A stretch of 64,000 nt of DNA. Source: an uncultured virus (IMG/VR IMGVR_UViG_3300030104_003662) (taxonomy: Duplodnaviria; Heunggongvirae; Uroviricota; Caudoviricetes). Position numbers and translations under genes: made by a program. Below are positions 8,128-16,499 of the stretch, in pieces. The notes under the pieces are model-generated. The model had not been told where the DNA came from, made no database searches, and saw nothing but the letters and a program-made list of their open reading frames with translations. The number at the start of each line of letters is the position of its first letter. Within the stretch, counting starts at the first letter, position 1. The DNA lies in the IMG/VR virus record IMGVR_UViG_3300030104_003662, positions 1 through 64,000 of that record. The stretch is one strand, 5' to 3'.

Positions 8128-8324
8128 ATAACGATGCTATGGCTTATGCTTGGCGCATTATGAAGGGTAAAGAAGACGCACCTAATTACCGATGCCCAGC
8201 CGATGACCCAAAGGAAAGTTGTGGAACTTGTCGTCACTGGGTAGGCAAAGGAAACGGAATGGGTCATTGTAAGTTGTTTGACTTTGATTGCAACGGTAAG
8301 TGTACTTGCGATGCTTGGGGTTGA
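8124..8324 (+). CDS. Tagged small Cys-rich protein with HiPIP-like Cys spacing
   Basis: GAGGTGG RBS and TTG 8124; tag AMAYAWRIMK-G; then NY..CGTCRHW..GHCKLF..CTCDAW. Confidence 0.6.
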   Translation: MNNDAMAYAWRIMKGKEDAPNYRCPADDPKESCGTCRHWVGKGNGMGHCKLFDFDCNGKCTCDAWG

Positions 8325-8328
8325 TAAT

Positions 8329-8778
8329 ATGAATCCGATGGACCTTGCTTGGATTGTTCTTAAAGCAAGTAGTGTCGAAAGTACTATTGTTAGAACTTTG
8401 AAAGACGAAGGCGGCGCTGCTGGCCTTGATGCTTTGATGAAACCGCTTAGTATTTCTGAGGCTGAACTTAAAGCCAAGTTAAAAGATATGGCAAATGTAA
8501 CACAGCATCGTAATGGTGATTATATTTTAACAGACGGTTTGCACAAGCATGCTTCTTCTCCCGAAGCACTGCGTCATAAAGTAGAGTATGATAAAAAATA
8601 TGAATCTAATCCTGAAAGAGTCAAATATCGTGAGTCTTTGAACCAAGAGCGTCGTAAGCGTGGTATTTATGGGCAAGGTGGCCCTGATATGAGCCATACC
8701 AAAGAAGGCACTATGGTCGCAGAAAACCCTCATGCAAACCGTGCTCGTCATTTCAAAGAGCGAGGCACGCTTAAGTAA
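8329..8778 (+). CDS. Tagged protein (MNPMDLAWIVLK-A): wHTH-like domain plus minimal HNH-like domain
   Basis: Start moved to ATG 8329. C-terminal YDKKY..KYRESLNQERRKRG..GPDMSHTKEG..ENPHANRARH resembles compact phage HNH endonucleases. Confidence 0.6.
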   Translation: MNPMDLAWIVLKASSVESTIVRTLKDEGGAAGLDALMKPLSISEAELKAKLKDMANVTQHRNGDYILTDGLHKHASSPEALRHKVEYDKKYESNPERVKYRESLNQERRKRGIYGQGGPDMSHTKEGTMVAENPHANRARHFKERGTLK

Positions 8779-8798
8779 TATCACACGGTAGGGTAAGC

Positions 8799-9011
8799 GT
8801 GGAAGATTGGTGGAGCATACTACTGACTGATATGTTAAAACAGTCAGAAAAAGATATTATGCATCTTGATGCTTTCGTAGACGAAAAAGACTCTTGGAAA
8901 GACATCTCATTATTGATGAATGCAGTAGACCATTATCGCTTTTTGCGACAGGCTTATGAAAACAGAGGCAGTGGGAATGTACATGTCGAAGTCAGATTTG
9001 TCACCGAGTGA
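8799..9011 (+). CDS. Hypothetical protein
   Basis: CTTAAG box ends 24 nt upstream of the GTG; possible tag variant WWSILLTDMLK-Q. Confidence 0.55.
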   Translation: MEDWWSILLTDMLKQSEKDIMHLDAFVDEKDSWKDISLLMNAVDHYRFLRQAYENRGSGNVHVEVRFVTE

Positions 9012-10200
9012 CGCTGCTTGGGCTGTCTTAAAACAGACAAATGACCCTGACAAGATTGAGAAAATCTTACCTCTTATTCCTTTAGCACTAGCAGGGTATG
9101 GTGCTTATCGTGGCTATCAAAATGTTACTGACCCAAGGGGTCCGGTAGTAACTGACCCTCTTACTGGCGGTTATCTTTACGAGCGTGAGGTAGACCCTAC
9201 GCTTGGAGGTTATGCTGCTGCTTTTGGCTCAGGTGCACTAGAAGGCGTTGGATTAGGAGGGGCTGCGAAACTTGGTGCTAAAGGAGTTTCAAGATTAGCA
9301 GGTAGTTCTGCATCAAAAAGAGCCGCAGCACGACAAGCAGCGTCAGACCATGCTCGTAAGGAAACTACCGAAAGGTTGGCTCGCCAAGAAGCAGATACAG
9401 CATTAGCCGCTCTTAACAGAAGCCCAATTACGCCCGGCGGTAATGTAACTTATGCACCGGCTAGACTTCCAAGTAACTTAGATGATATGGCAATGGCAAG
9501 AGCAAGAACGAGTCCTTATGTTACAGGTCAAGCGAGAGGTGCAGCAAGGGCCGCTTATGCACCCGGAGCACGAAGAGAAGCCGTTGCACGAGGTGTGCAA
9601 AGAGGTGCTGGCAAAGTAGACGATGCACTGTCCGCAAGAGCATTAGGTTATGGAGCGCTAGGAGCCGGGGCGCTAGGACTTGGTGGAGCATATTTAGCAA
9701 ATCGAGCACAAGAGGGATTAGAAAACGCATATCCTGACCCAAATACCTCCGGCTTTGGTGCTTATGGTGGTACTGGTAGCGGTGGTTTTGGTCAAAGTAA
9801 TACAGGCGGTGCTGCTAGTGGCTTTGGCGAAGGCACTGGTATTGGTGGCGTGAGTAATCAATCCAGTAAAAGGACTGGTCTTCAAGACATTTGGACTGGT
9901 AAAGAGAACACTATGCAATTTGGCGGAGGATTTGGCATGGGTGAAAAGGCAACAAAAGGTGAGAATATGAAAATAGGAGAAAGAATGTTAAAACAAGCAG
10001 AAGATATAATGTACAAAGCAGTTTGCCCAGCATGTGGTAAAAAGGACTGTAATTGTAAAGAGTACAAGAACAAAAAGGAAGATAGTAAGAAGCCCGCTCA
10101 TGGTATGGTTATTGTTATCGGTACTAAAGCGGGTCCCGGTCCATATAAAAATGGAAAGCGGGAAAAACTAGACTCTGAAAAAGACGAAAAAGAAGAGTGA
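8956..10200 (+). CDS. Tagged Gly/Ala-rich protein with hydrophobic segments; candidate ejection/pilot protein
   Basis: SPSDAAWAVLK-Q tag; ILPLIPLALAGYG and ALGYGALGAGALGLGGAYLA segments; C-terminal CPACGKKDCNC. True start is probably 8977 or 8983. Confidence 0.65.
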   Translation: MKTEAVGMYMSKSDLSPSDAAWAVLKQTNDPDKIEKILPLIPLALAGYGAYRGYQNVTDPRGPVVTDPLTGGYLYEREVDPTLGGYAAAFGSGALEGVGLGGAAKLGAKGVSRLAGSSASKRAAARQAASDHARKETTERLARQEADTALAALNRSPITPGGNVTYAPARLPSNLDDMAMARARTSPYVTGQARGAARAAYAPGARREAVARGVQRGAGKVDDALSARALGYGALGAGALGLGGAYLANRAQEGLENAYPDPNTSGFGAYGGTGSGGFGQSNTGGAASGFGEGTGIGGVSNQSSKRTGLQDIWTGKENTMQFGGGFGMGEKATKGENMKIGERMLKQAEDIMYKAVCPACGKKDCNCKEYKNKKEDSKKPAHGMVIVIGTKAGPGPYKNGKREKLDSEKDEKEE

Positions 10201-10232
10201 GTTTGAAGACCCCTTTCCTTCTCGGCTTACAT

Positions 10233-10269
10233 GGGTCGGAGGGGGCAACCCTCTCGCATTCTCCGACCC
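10233..10269. terminator. Intergenic GC-rich stem-loop (terminator or structured RNA element)
   Basis: GGGTCGGAG (10233-41) pairs with CTCCGACCC (10261-69); inner GGG-GCAA-CCC; lies between two transcription units. Confidence 0.45.
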
Positions 10270-10349
10270 GCCTTACTTTAGTGATACTTAAATCATTAGT
10301 AGAACACTTTATGTCATGTACCATCACCCGATAGGTGAGAGGGACTATT

Positions 10350-10928
10350 ATGGTGCCAGCACAAGACCAACAATATAGAGAACACGACCAAGCAGAAATA
10401 CGCTTGATGGGATTAATCTTAACACAAGCGGTATCTATCGGAATGGCAATTGGACTATTCGATGCTAATCTATGGATAGATTTAGAAGACCCGGTGGTAA
10501 ATGGAGTAACTTATTCTATGGCAGCATTTGCTGTACAAGGACTTGCTTACTATCTTTTCAAGATGTTTTTCCAACAGGGTATGGATGATAAAGCAAGAAT
10601 GGCTGCTCAAGAGCGAGAGCGCAGAAACCGATACAGAAGCATGGAGTTTACTTTTGACCGTCGCCGCCAAGATATGGAAATGCGTATGCAAGAAGCACAA
10701 CTTGAGACTGAGTTAAAGTGGATGGAGGAAAACCCCGGTAAGACTCCGCCTTGGGTAGAGGAAAGATTGTACAACAACAACGATTTTGATAGTTCTAACT
10801 TTGTACCTAACACTTCTATAACAGATTCTAAAGAGCCGCTTAGCCTAGGCTTAGACTTTGGTGACAAAGAGGCTGCCCGTCTTAAAAAAGACGGTACGCC
10901 CGATAAGCGTTATCAAAAGAAGGGGTGA
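10350..10928 (+). CDS. Two-TM membrane protein with cytoplasmic coiled coil
   Basis: LMGLILTQAVSIGMAIGLF and VTYSMAAFAVQGLAYYLF helices, then a charged heptad-like region; GGTGAGAGGG RBS. Confidence 0.75.
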   Translation: MVPAQDQQYREHDQAEIRLMGLILTQAVSIGMAIGLFDANLWIDLEDPVVNGVTYSMAAFAVQGLAYYLFKMFFQQGMDDKARMAAQERERRNRYRSMEFTFDRRRQDMEMRMQEAQLETELKWMEENPGKTPPWVEERLYNNNDFDSSNFVPNTSITDSKEPLSLGLDFGDKEAARLKKDGTPDKRYQKKG

Positions 10929-10934
10929 TTCTTT

Positions 10935-11183
10935 TTGGGCCGTATTTTCAAAACTCCTTCTGACGACACGGTAGAAGAGACTTTGAGAATGATGCATACC
11001 GCTAACATGGTTGATGTAGCCTATGAAAGAGGGATGGGTTGGTTAAAAGTAATTGCATTTTCCATATTAACTGCATTTGTAGTAAGTGCTTATGAGTATT
11101 ATACTGATTGGAATCTTTGGGAGGATACTGGTAATTGGTTAAAAAAGACTTTACAAGGCTGGTCCGATGCAATTTTTGATTAG
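10935..11183 (+). CDS. Single-TM membrane protein with C-terminal amphipathic helix
   Basis: WLKVIAFSILTAFVVSAY; GGGGTGA RBS with TTG start. Confidence 0.75.
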   Translation: MGRIFKTPSDDTVEETLRMMHTANMVDVAYERGMGWLKVIAFSILTAFVVSAYEYYTDWNLWEDTGNWLKKTLQGWSDAIFD

Positions 11184-11191
11184 GTGATATT

Positions 11192-11914
11192 ATGTCAGCA
11201 ATGGGGAGTTCAGCACTTGTTGGGGGAATGGTATTCGCTCGTGAACTCTATCATTACTTTATTCCTCGTAGAGTTGGAGTGTACGGTCCACCTATGACTG
11301 GTAAAACTACACTTGACAGATACATGACAACTCCCGGTGAAATGGAGGAAATACCTGAAAGTGAGCGCACTAAGCACTTTAGAATACCCGGAATGAATCG
11401 TTTTTTGCTCCCTCGCCCTACACGCAAGCGTATAAGTTGGAAAGGAGATAAGCGCGTGGTTTACTCTTCTGACATTGGTGGCGATGAGCGTTTTTGGAAT
11501 CTTTGGATAGATGATATGGTTAATCGTAATGTAGAAGCAGTGTTGTTTATGTTTGACGATAGAGCAACTAAAGGAGGCAGTGATGCAATCCAGTCAGTAG
11601 GTGGTTTCAAATATCTTGTAGATGCAATTCTTCATCGTCAGTATCGCTATCGTAAGTTTAGGTCTTGGCTTAGAGGTAAAAAATACTGCCCTAAAGTAAT
11701 CATGCTTGTTGCTAACAAAGCAGATAATTGGTGGGATGATAATGCAAATGTACTTTGGCAGCAACAGCGCCTTGGTGAACATAAGATGTTTGACCCTTTT
11801 AGAGAAGACTTAGTGCGTTTGCAAAAAGCAGGTATACCTACGCGTAGAGGCATGATGGCTACAAGAATTGGTTGGAATGTAGAAAACACATTAATTGATA
11901 TACTAACAATGTAA
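11192..11914 (+). CDS. Small Ras/Arf-like GTPase
   Basis: G1 GPPMTGKTT, G3 DIGG(D)ERFWNLW, VLFMFD strand, G4 LVANKAD, G5-like MATRIGWNVE; hydrophobic N-terminal helix. Confidence 0.85.
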   Translation: MSAMGSSALVGGMVFARELYHYFIPRRVGVYGPPMTGKTTLDRYMTTPGEMEEIPESERTKHFRIPGMNRFLLPRPTRKRISWKGDKRVVYSSDIGGDERFWNLWIDDMVNRNVEAVLFMFDDRATKGGSDAIQSVGGFKYLVDAILHRQYRYRKFRSWLRGKKYCPKVIMLVANKADNWWDDNANVLWQQQRLGEHKMFDPFREDLVRLQKAGIPTRRGMMATRIGWNVENTLIDILTM

Positions 11915-11921
11915 GGAGGAA

Positions 11922-12965
11922 ATGAATATGGTAATGAACTTTGGATTCGGCGGCTCAGGTAGAGTACCTAGAAACGATGCTAATTTGGCAAATATGAGTG
12001 ATGCACATTTGATGGCGTTAGGTCAGCAAGGTAGTGCTAGTCACGCTCAGTTATTAGAAATGCAAAGTGCACAACAAGGGATGGCAGCGGCTGCTAGTAA
12101 GCAAAATATAGAAGTGCCCAAGGTTAACTTTTACCCCAGTCGTCACGCTGACCCTAGAAAGGCAAGAAAGCAAGACATTAAACAAGCCAGTAGGCTTCTT
12201 ACACCAACTAAGCGCAGTCTACTTAACCCCTTTAGGTGGCTTTGGGGTAACAAGTATCGTTATAATCGCCAAACCAGTCATTGTGTAATTGACGGTTGTG
12301 ACTGTGAAGAGTTGATTAAATATGATAATCTTTATACTAAGATTTGTGATGAAGAGACTGGTAAAAGTCTTTGGGAATTATATTGGAAAAACCCGGTAAC
12401 AGGTGCTCCCGAAGCCTTTGTTGCAAGAGAACAAGTAACTAATGGTAGACTAATGAAGGGTACATATTGCCCTGAACATTTACATCTTTATCATTTACTT
12501 TGCAAATGGCAGAATGAATCTGACAAAGACCACAATAAGACTAAGACTGGTATGAAAGAGATGGTAAAGAAGGGCGTTAGTACAATCGCTGTACCTATTG
12601 CTATTATTAAGAAGAAGGATAATACCCCTGAGTTGCTCAAAAAGTATGAGCCATTCTTTGAGCAATTAGAAAAAGACAGTAAAGTTCAGAACGGTATCAA
12701 CATACTACATTATAAAAATCCTGAAACAGGTATAAATGATGTGACTATGATTGTATTTGACCTTAGATTATTTCAAAAGGAAATTGCAGAACAAGGTTCG
12801 ACTCTTAGTGATGCGATTAGTAATTTAGGCATAATGCAAATGCAGAATAATAACGGTGCTGTAGAAGCAACGACGGGCGTAGGTTTGGCTAATGCTCAGC
12901 CCAATGCTGTTATCAATAGCGGCGTAGTGGGGCAAGCAGAGCAGATGACATTACCGCAACAATAA
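11922..12965 (+). CDS. Hypothetical protein with Cys/His cluster (putative Zn binding)
   Basis: CVIDGCDC ... YCPEHLHLYH; Gln-rich termini; AAGGAGG RBS. Confidence 0.7.
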   Translation: MNMVMNFGFGGSGRVPRNDANLANMSDAHLMALGQQGSASHAQLLEMQSAQQGMAAAASKQNIEVPKVNFYPSRHADPRKARKQDIKQASRLLTPTKRSLLNPFRWLWGNKYRYNRQTSHCVIDGCDCEELIKYDNLYTKICDEETGKSLWELYWKNPVTGAPEAFVAREQVTNGRLMKGTYCPEHLHLYHLLCKWQNESDKDHNKTKTGMKEMVKKGVSTIAVPIAIIKKKDNTPELLKKYEPFFEQLEKDSKVQNGINILHYKNPETGINDVTMIVFDLRLFQKEIAEQGSTLSDAISNLGIMQMQNNNGAVEATTGVGLANAQPNAVINSGVVGQAEQMTLPQQ

Positions 12966-12976
12966 AGGTGAATAAA

Positions 12977-13618
12977 ATGGGACTATTTGGAAATAACAAC
13001 GCACAGCAACAAAACGGACAGGCACTCAATTTAGGTGCTAGTAGTATGGGTATGCAATCTACTAACCCTTTTGCTACTCAAAATGGAATGATGCAACAAG
13101 CAGGTCAAAATCCCTTCATGGCTGGTATGGCCGGAGGCATGGGTATGAATGCTCAGCAAATGGGCCAGCAATCTATGCAACCTCCTTCTGAGGCAGAAAT
13201 ACAAATGGCATTAATGAAAAGCCTAGCACCTGCTGACCGATTTATTATTAGTCAACAAATGGGTACTTTCCTTTCAATGCTCAATGACCTAGTATCATTT
13301 TCAGTTTTAGAGATTCTAAAAGGTGCTACCTTTGTTATCAATGAAGATGAAGGTACAATGAAACTTGACATTACATCACTCCCTTCTAACTTACAGACTA
13401 TGAGTGCGGAAAATGTAACAGGTCAATTTAGTAATTTGCAAATGACAAGTCAGCAAAACATTCAACAAGCAGAAATGCAACAACAACAAATTATGGCATT
13501 TGCACAACAGTCTATGATGGGCGGTGCACTAAGTGCTGCTTTGGCTAATGAAGGCTTTATGGATAAAGCCGGTGGTGCTGCTGGCTCCTTTATGGGCAGA
13601 ATGATGGGTATGCGGTGA
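12977..13618 (+). CDS. Gln/Met/Gly-rich low-complexity protein
   Basis: AGGTGA RBS, ATG 12977. QQ/MG-rich termini flank a small globular core. Confidence 0.75.
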   Translation: MGLFGNNNAQQQNGQALNLGASSMGMQSTNPFATQNGMMQQAGQNPFMAGMAGGMGMNAQQMGQQSMQPPSEAEIQMALMKSLAPADRFIISQQMGTFLSMLNDLVSFSVLEILKGATFVINEDEGTMKLDITSLPSNLQTMSAENVTGQFSNLQMTSQQNIQQAEMQQQQIMAFAQQSMMGGALSAALANEGFMDKAGGAAGSFMGRMMGMR

Positions 13619-13622
13619 TACT

Positions 13623-13868
13623 ATGATACCAAAAGAAGGACCAATTATTGGACTTGCAAGTAGTACTATGAGTATATTTGCACCAAAGAAGAGCGTAATA
13701 GTAGATATGGTGATGGTTCAACTAATAGCCATTATAGTTACATTGGGTATTGTAATGGTAACAGGCTCAGGAACATTAGGTAGCGACACTATGTCTTACT
13801 TAGTCGCTGGACTCTTTGGTGCCTTCTTTATGCTCGGTAGTATCTATAGCCGAATCTCTAGCGTTTGA
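13623..13868 (+). CDS. Small two-TM membrane protein (holin-like topology)
   Basis: MVMVQLIAIIVTLGIVMV and YLVAGLFGAFFMLGSIY; GCGGTGA RBS. Confidence 0.75.
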   Translation: MIPKEGPIIGLASSTMSIFAPKKSVIVDMVMVQLIAIIVTLGIVMVTGSGTLGSDTMSYLVAGLFGAFFMLGSIYSRISSV

Positions 13869-14138
13869 CGATTCAACATGCCTACCCCATTTTTTTAATG
13901 GGCACTCAGAAGAAGCAAGCGAGACTTTTACTCTCATTTGACAACCACATTCAGTGCATCGGTTACTAGTGTGCTCCCAACTTGGGCAGACCATGCAAAT
14001 ATCCATTCTTATTTGTTTTATATCATTACCTACAAACCTTCTCATAAACACATCTCTACTGGCTCTTGTTAGGCTTTTTGCAGTCTCTATAGAAACAGGA
14101 ACTCCCATAATTTTAGGTGGAGAACGAGGTAATCTCAT
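13800..14138 (-). CDS. Cys-rich small protein (RxxICxxC..CxxCGC..K..L....CPxxKW family)
   Basis: RMDICMVCPSW..RCTECGCQMRVKVSLASSECPLKKW. The only convincing minus-strand gene; likely start ATG 14138. Confidence 0.7.
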   Translation of the reverse strand: MRLPRSPPKIMGVPVSIETAKSLTRASRDVFMRRFVGNDIKQIRMDICMVCPSWEHTSNRCTECGCQMRVKVSLASSECPLKKWGRHVESSNARDSAIDTTEHKEGTKESSD

Positions 14139-14198
14139 TACTCTACGCAATCGGTCTTTGTTCAAAAGGGTTATTCGTGTGCATGCTCTCGGAGCGTT

Positions 14199-14900
14199 AT
14201 GGGCGGTGAGCGTCAAACTAAGCGGTCATGCCCCTTCTGCCAGCACGAAGAGCGGGACCAGTTAGAACAAAACATAATCAATGGCATTACTGACATCAAG
14301 ATGTTAGACAAAGATATGGGTTGGAGAACTAATACATCTGAGCGACATATGAATAACCACGCAGGGGATTATCATAATAGTGCAAATCATAGTTGTATAG
14401 TATGTACAAGTGATGACCGTAAGCAATACGAAGTTGCTTACTTTGAAGGAGATAGGACTAGTGAAGACATAGCAACAGAACTTGATTGCAGCGAACAGTT
14501 AGTCTATCGTCATATGAAAAATCATTTCCAGCCTTTGGTCAAAAGAAGTGCTACTGCAATTGTTTCAGTCAAAGTTGGAGAAGAAGTTAACATACTTCGT
14601 AAAAATGTAGAAGGATTAAATGGAAAACTTTCTCAATTTATGGAGGAGACCAATATACATGACGATGGTGTTATCTCTGACATGGTTAGATTGCACAAAG
14701 AAGTTCGTGAAACTCTCAAAGACCTAAGCCAATACCAAGAGAAATGGGCAGAACCTAGTACTAATGTTGCCAATAATACTATCAATGTCTTAAAGGTGGA
14801 ACTGGGTAAGGAAAGTCCTGAAACTTGGAAAAGAGTCAAGGCTAAACTTTTGTCACAGGCTGATGGTGAAGTTAGTAAAGACATTTTAGATATAATATGA
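14199..14900 (+). CDS. Tandem Zn-HTH DNA-binding protein with coiled coil; putative terminase small subunit
   Basis: Two CxxC-HTH-RHMxNH repeats followed by helical oligomerisation-like segments; first gene of the unit leading to TerL. Confidence 0.55.
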   Translation: MGGERQTKRSCPFCQHEERDQLEQNIINGITDIKMLDKDMGWRTNTSERHMNNHAGDYHNSANHSCIVCTSDDRKQYEVAYFEGDRTSEDIATELDCSEQLVYRHMKNHFQPLVKRSATAIVSVKVGEEVNILRKNVEGLNGKLSQFMEETNIHDDGVISDMVRLHKEVRETLKDLSQYQEKWAEPSTNVANNTINVLKVELGKESPETWKRVKAKLLSQADGEVSKDILDII

Positions 14901-14909
14901 GTTGATTAA

Positions 14910-16499
14910 ATGCCGGGTAATATGAGTACAGGTTCTGATACAAGGATGTATAGTCCTCGTTCTGAGTCTATGCTTGGTTATACCAAGGATGAAGACGATT
15001 ACACTTATGGTATAGGTGACCCCGAAGCGATGGAGGCAGCGAAGGATAAGCGCATTGCTGAAAAAGATGCAGAAACACAGGCTTCTGATTTACCACATCT
15101 TACTATTGAAGTCCCTAAACCTGAGCCTGAGATGCCACCTATGATGCCGGGCATAGAAGAAGAAGAAGAAGAAGACCCTATGGCTGACCAATATCAAGAA
15201 GGTAATCAACTCAGCGCAATGACCGGTATGCCTGATACTGGTAATCTCAGCATTGGCAACGCAACGGGTACAATGCCAGCACCGGGCGGCATGCTTGCTA
15301 CAGGTGAGCCGATGGAGGATGCTTGGTCTAGTCTTATGAAAGAAGACGATAATGAAGAAAAAGATGACGAAGTTCCTGACGAGAAGTTTAGTAGAAGACC
15401 TCCTCCTATTGACCCTCAAGCAGAAATTAACAGGCTCAGAAGATTAGCAGACAGTAATGTTGCTGAAACAAGGGAGACCGGGGGTAAGTTTACTGCTCCT
15501 TTTGGCAAGCCTGATTACTTTACAACAGGCGAGCCAATAGATGATGCTTGGAGTAGTTTGATGAAAAACAGAGTAGACCAGTCACCTACTATTTACCAAA
15601 GACCTTCTGTACAAACTGCTAACCCACTCCCTCCACAATGCCCTACTTGTCAAGGTAAGATTCTAAGCCAACCTTGCCCTGATTGTGGCGCACCTGCTTC
15701 TCCACTTGCTGGTACGGCTCATGACAATACGGTTTCTACAGGCGAGCCAATTGATGACGCTTGGAGTAGTTTGATAAAAAGTAGACTTGACAAAGTTGGT
15801 GGCAAGGAATTGAAACCTTGGACTCAACCGCAATTCCGTATTCAGCCCGGTGGTGCTAACATATCTACTGCTACTTCTCGTCGCTCTAAGTTACACTCAA
15901 GATATTTACAACCCAGTAAAAAGCATGGACTTATGCGTAGTCCTCTTTCTGTTCATATGAGCCACCTTGGTGTTTCTACAAAGCAACCTCTCAAGTTATT
16001 TCCTGAAAAGTATAGACACCAAATGGGTACTATGGCTCGTCGTAAATTAATGGGTAACATACCTCAACCGATGTCAGGTCACGGCTTAAGTTCTGAAAGA
16101 ACATATAATCCTAAACCTCCTAAGATAAGTACTGGAGAAGGGTTGAGTATTAGAGCACCAACTGCTCCTAAATTAATGGGCCAGTCTTTGGCTAAGTCAG
16201 ATGACTTGACTAAAGTTAAAAAGCAACTAGATGAAGTTTCTAAAAAAATGGATTACATGCACTTTGCCCAAATGCGTAGGTTACTTAGACGCATGAAAGA
16301 ATCTATGGAAAATAGAGATAGACATAACAAGGCTGCTGTTTCAGCAGGTCCCGGTCAAAATAGAGAGGCAGGGCATCGAGAAGGCCAAGATAGTACTACT
16401 AGAAACGAAGGTGCCACAGAAGATATGGAAAATGACCCTAAGAACTGGGGCGCACCTTCTACTATGTTTGCAGCAAGAGGTAGTGGGAGGGTCGGCTGA
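14910..16499 (+). CDS. Putative internal head protein with three TGEP[MI][ED]DAWSSL[MI]K tags
   Basis: Tags at 15300-15341, 15525-15566 and 15738-15779; acidic N-terminus, CPTC..CPDC module, basic C-terminal half. Confidence 0.75.
   Translation: MPGNMSTGSDTRMYSPRSESMLGYTKDEDDYTYGIGDPEAMEAAKDKRIAEKDAETQASDLPHLTIEVPKPEPEMPPMMPGIEEEEEEDPMADQYQEGNQLSAMTGMPDTGNLSIGNATGTMPAPGGMLATGEPMEDAWSSLMKEDDNEEKDDEVPDEKFSRRPPPIDPQAEINRLRRLADSNVAETRETGGKFTAPFGKPDYFTTGEPIDDAWSSLMKNRVDQSPTIYQRPSVQTANPLPPQCPTCQGKILSQPCPDCGAPASPLAGTAHDNTVSTGEPIDDAWSSLIKSRLDKVGGKELKPWTQPQFRIQPGGANISTATSRRSKLHSRYLQPSKKHGLMRSPLSVHMSHLGVSTKQPLKLFPEKYRHQMGTMARRKLMGNIPQPMSGHGLSSERTYNPKPPKISTGEGLSIRAPTAPKLMGQSLAKSDDLTKVKKQLDEVSKKMDYMHFAQMRRLLRRMKESMENRDRHNKAAVSAGPGQNREAGHREGQDSTTRNEGATEDMENDPKNWGAPSTMFAARGSGRVG

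Noticed and set aside
7881..8477. 198-aa minus-strand ORF
   Set aside because: Antisense shadow of three well-supported + strand genes; no recognisable motif.
13954..14265. 103-aa plus-strand ORF
   Set aside because: Shadow of the minus-strand Cys-rich gene, which has the recognisable motif.
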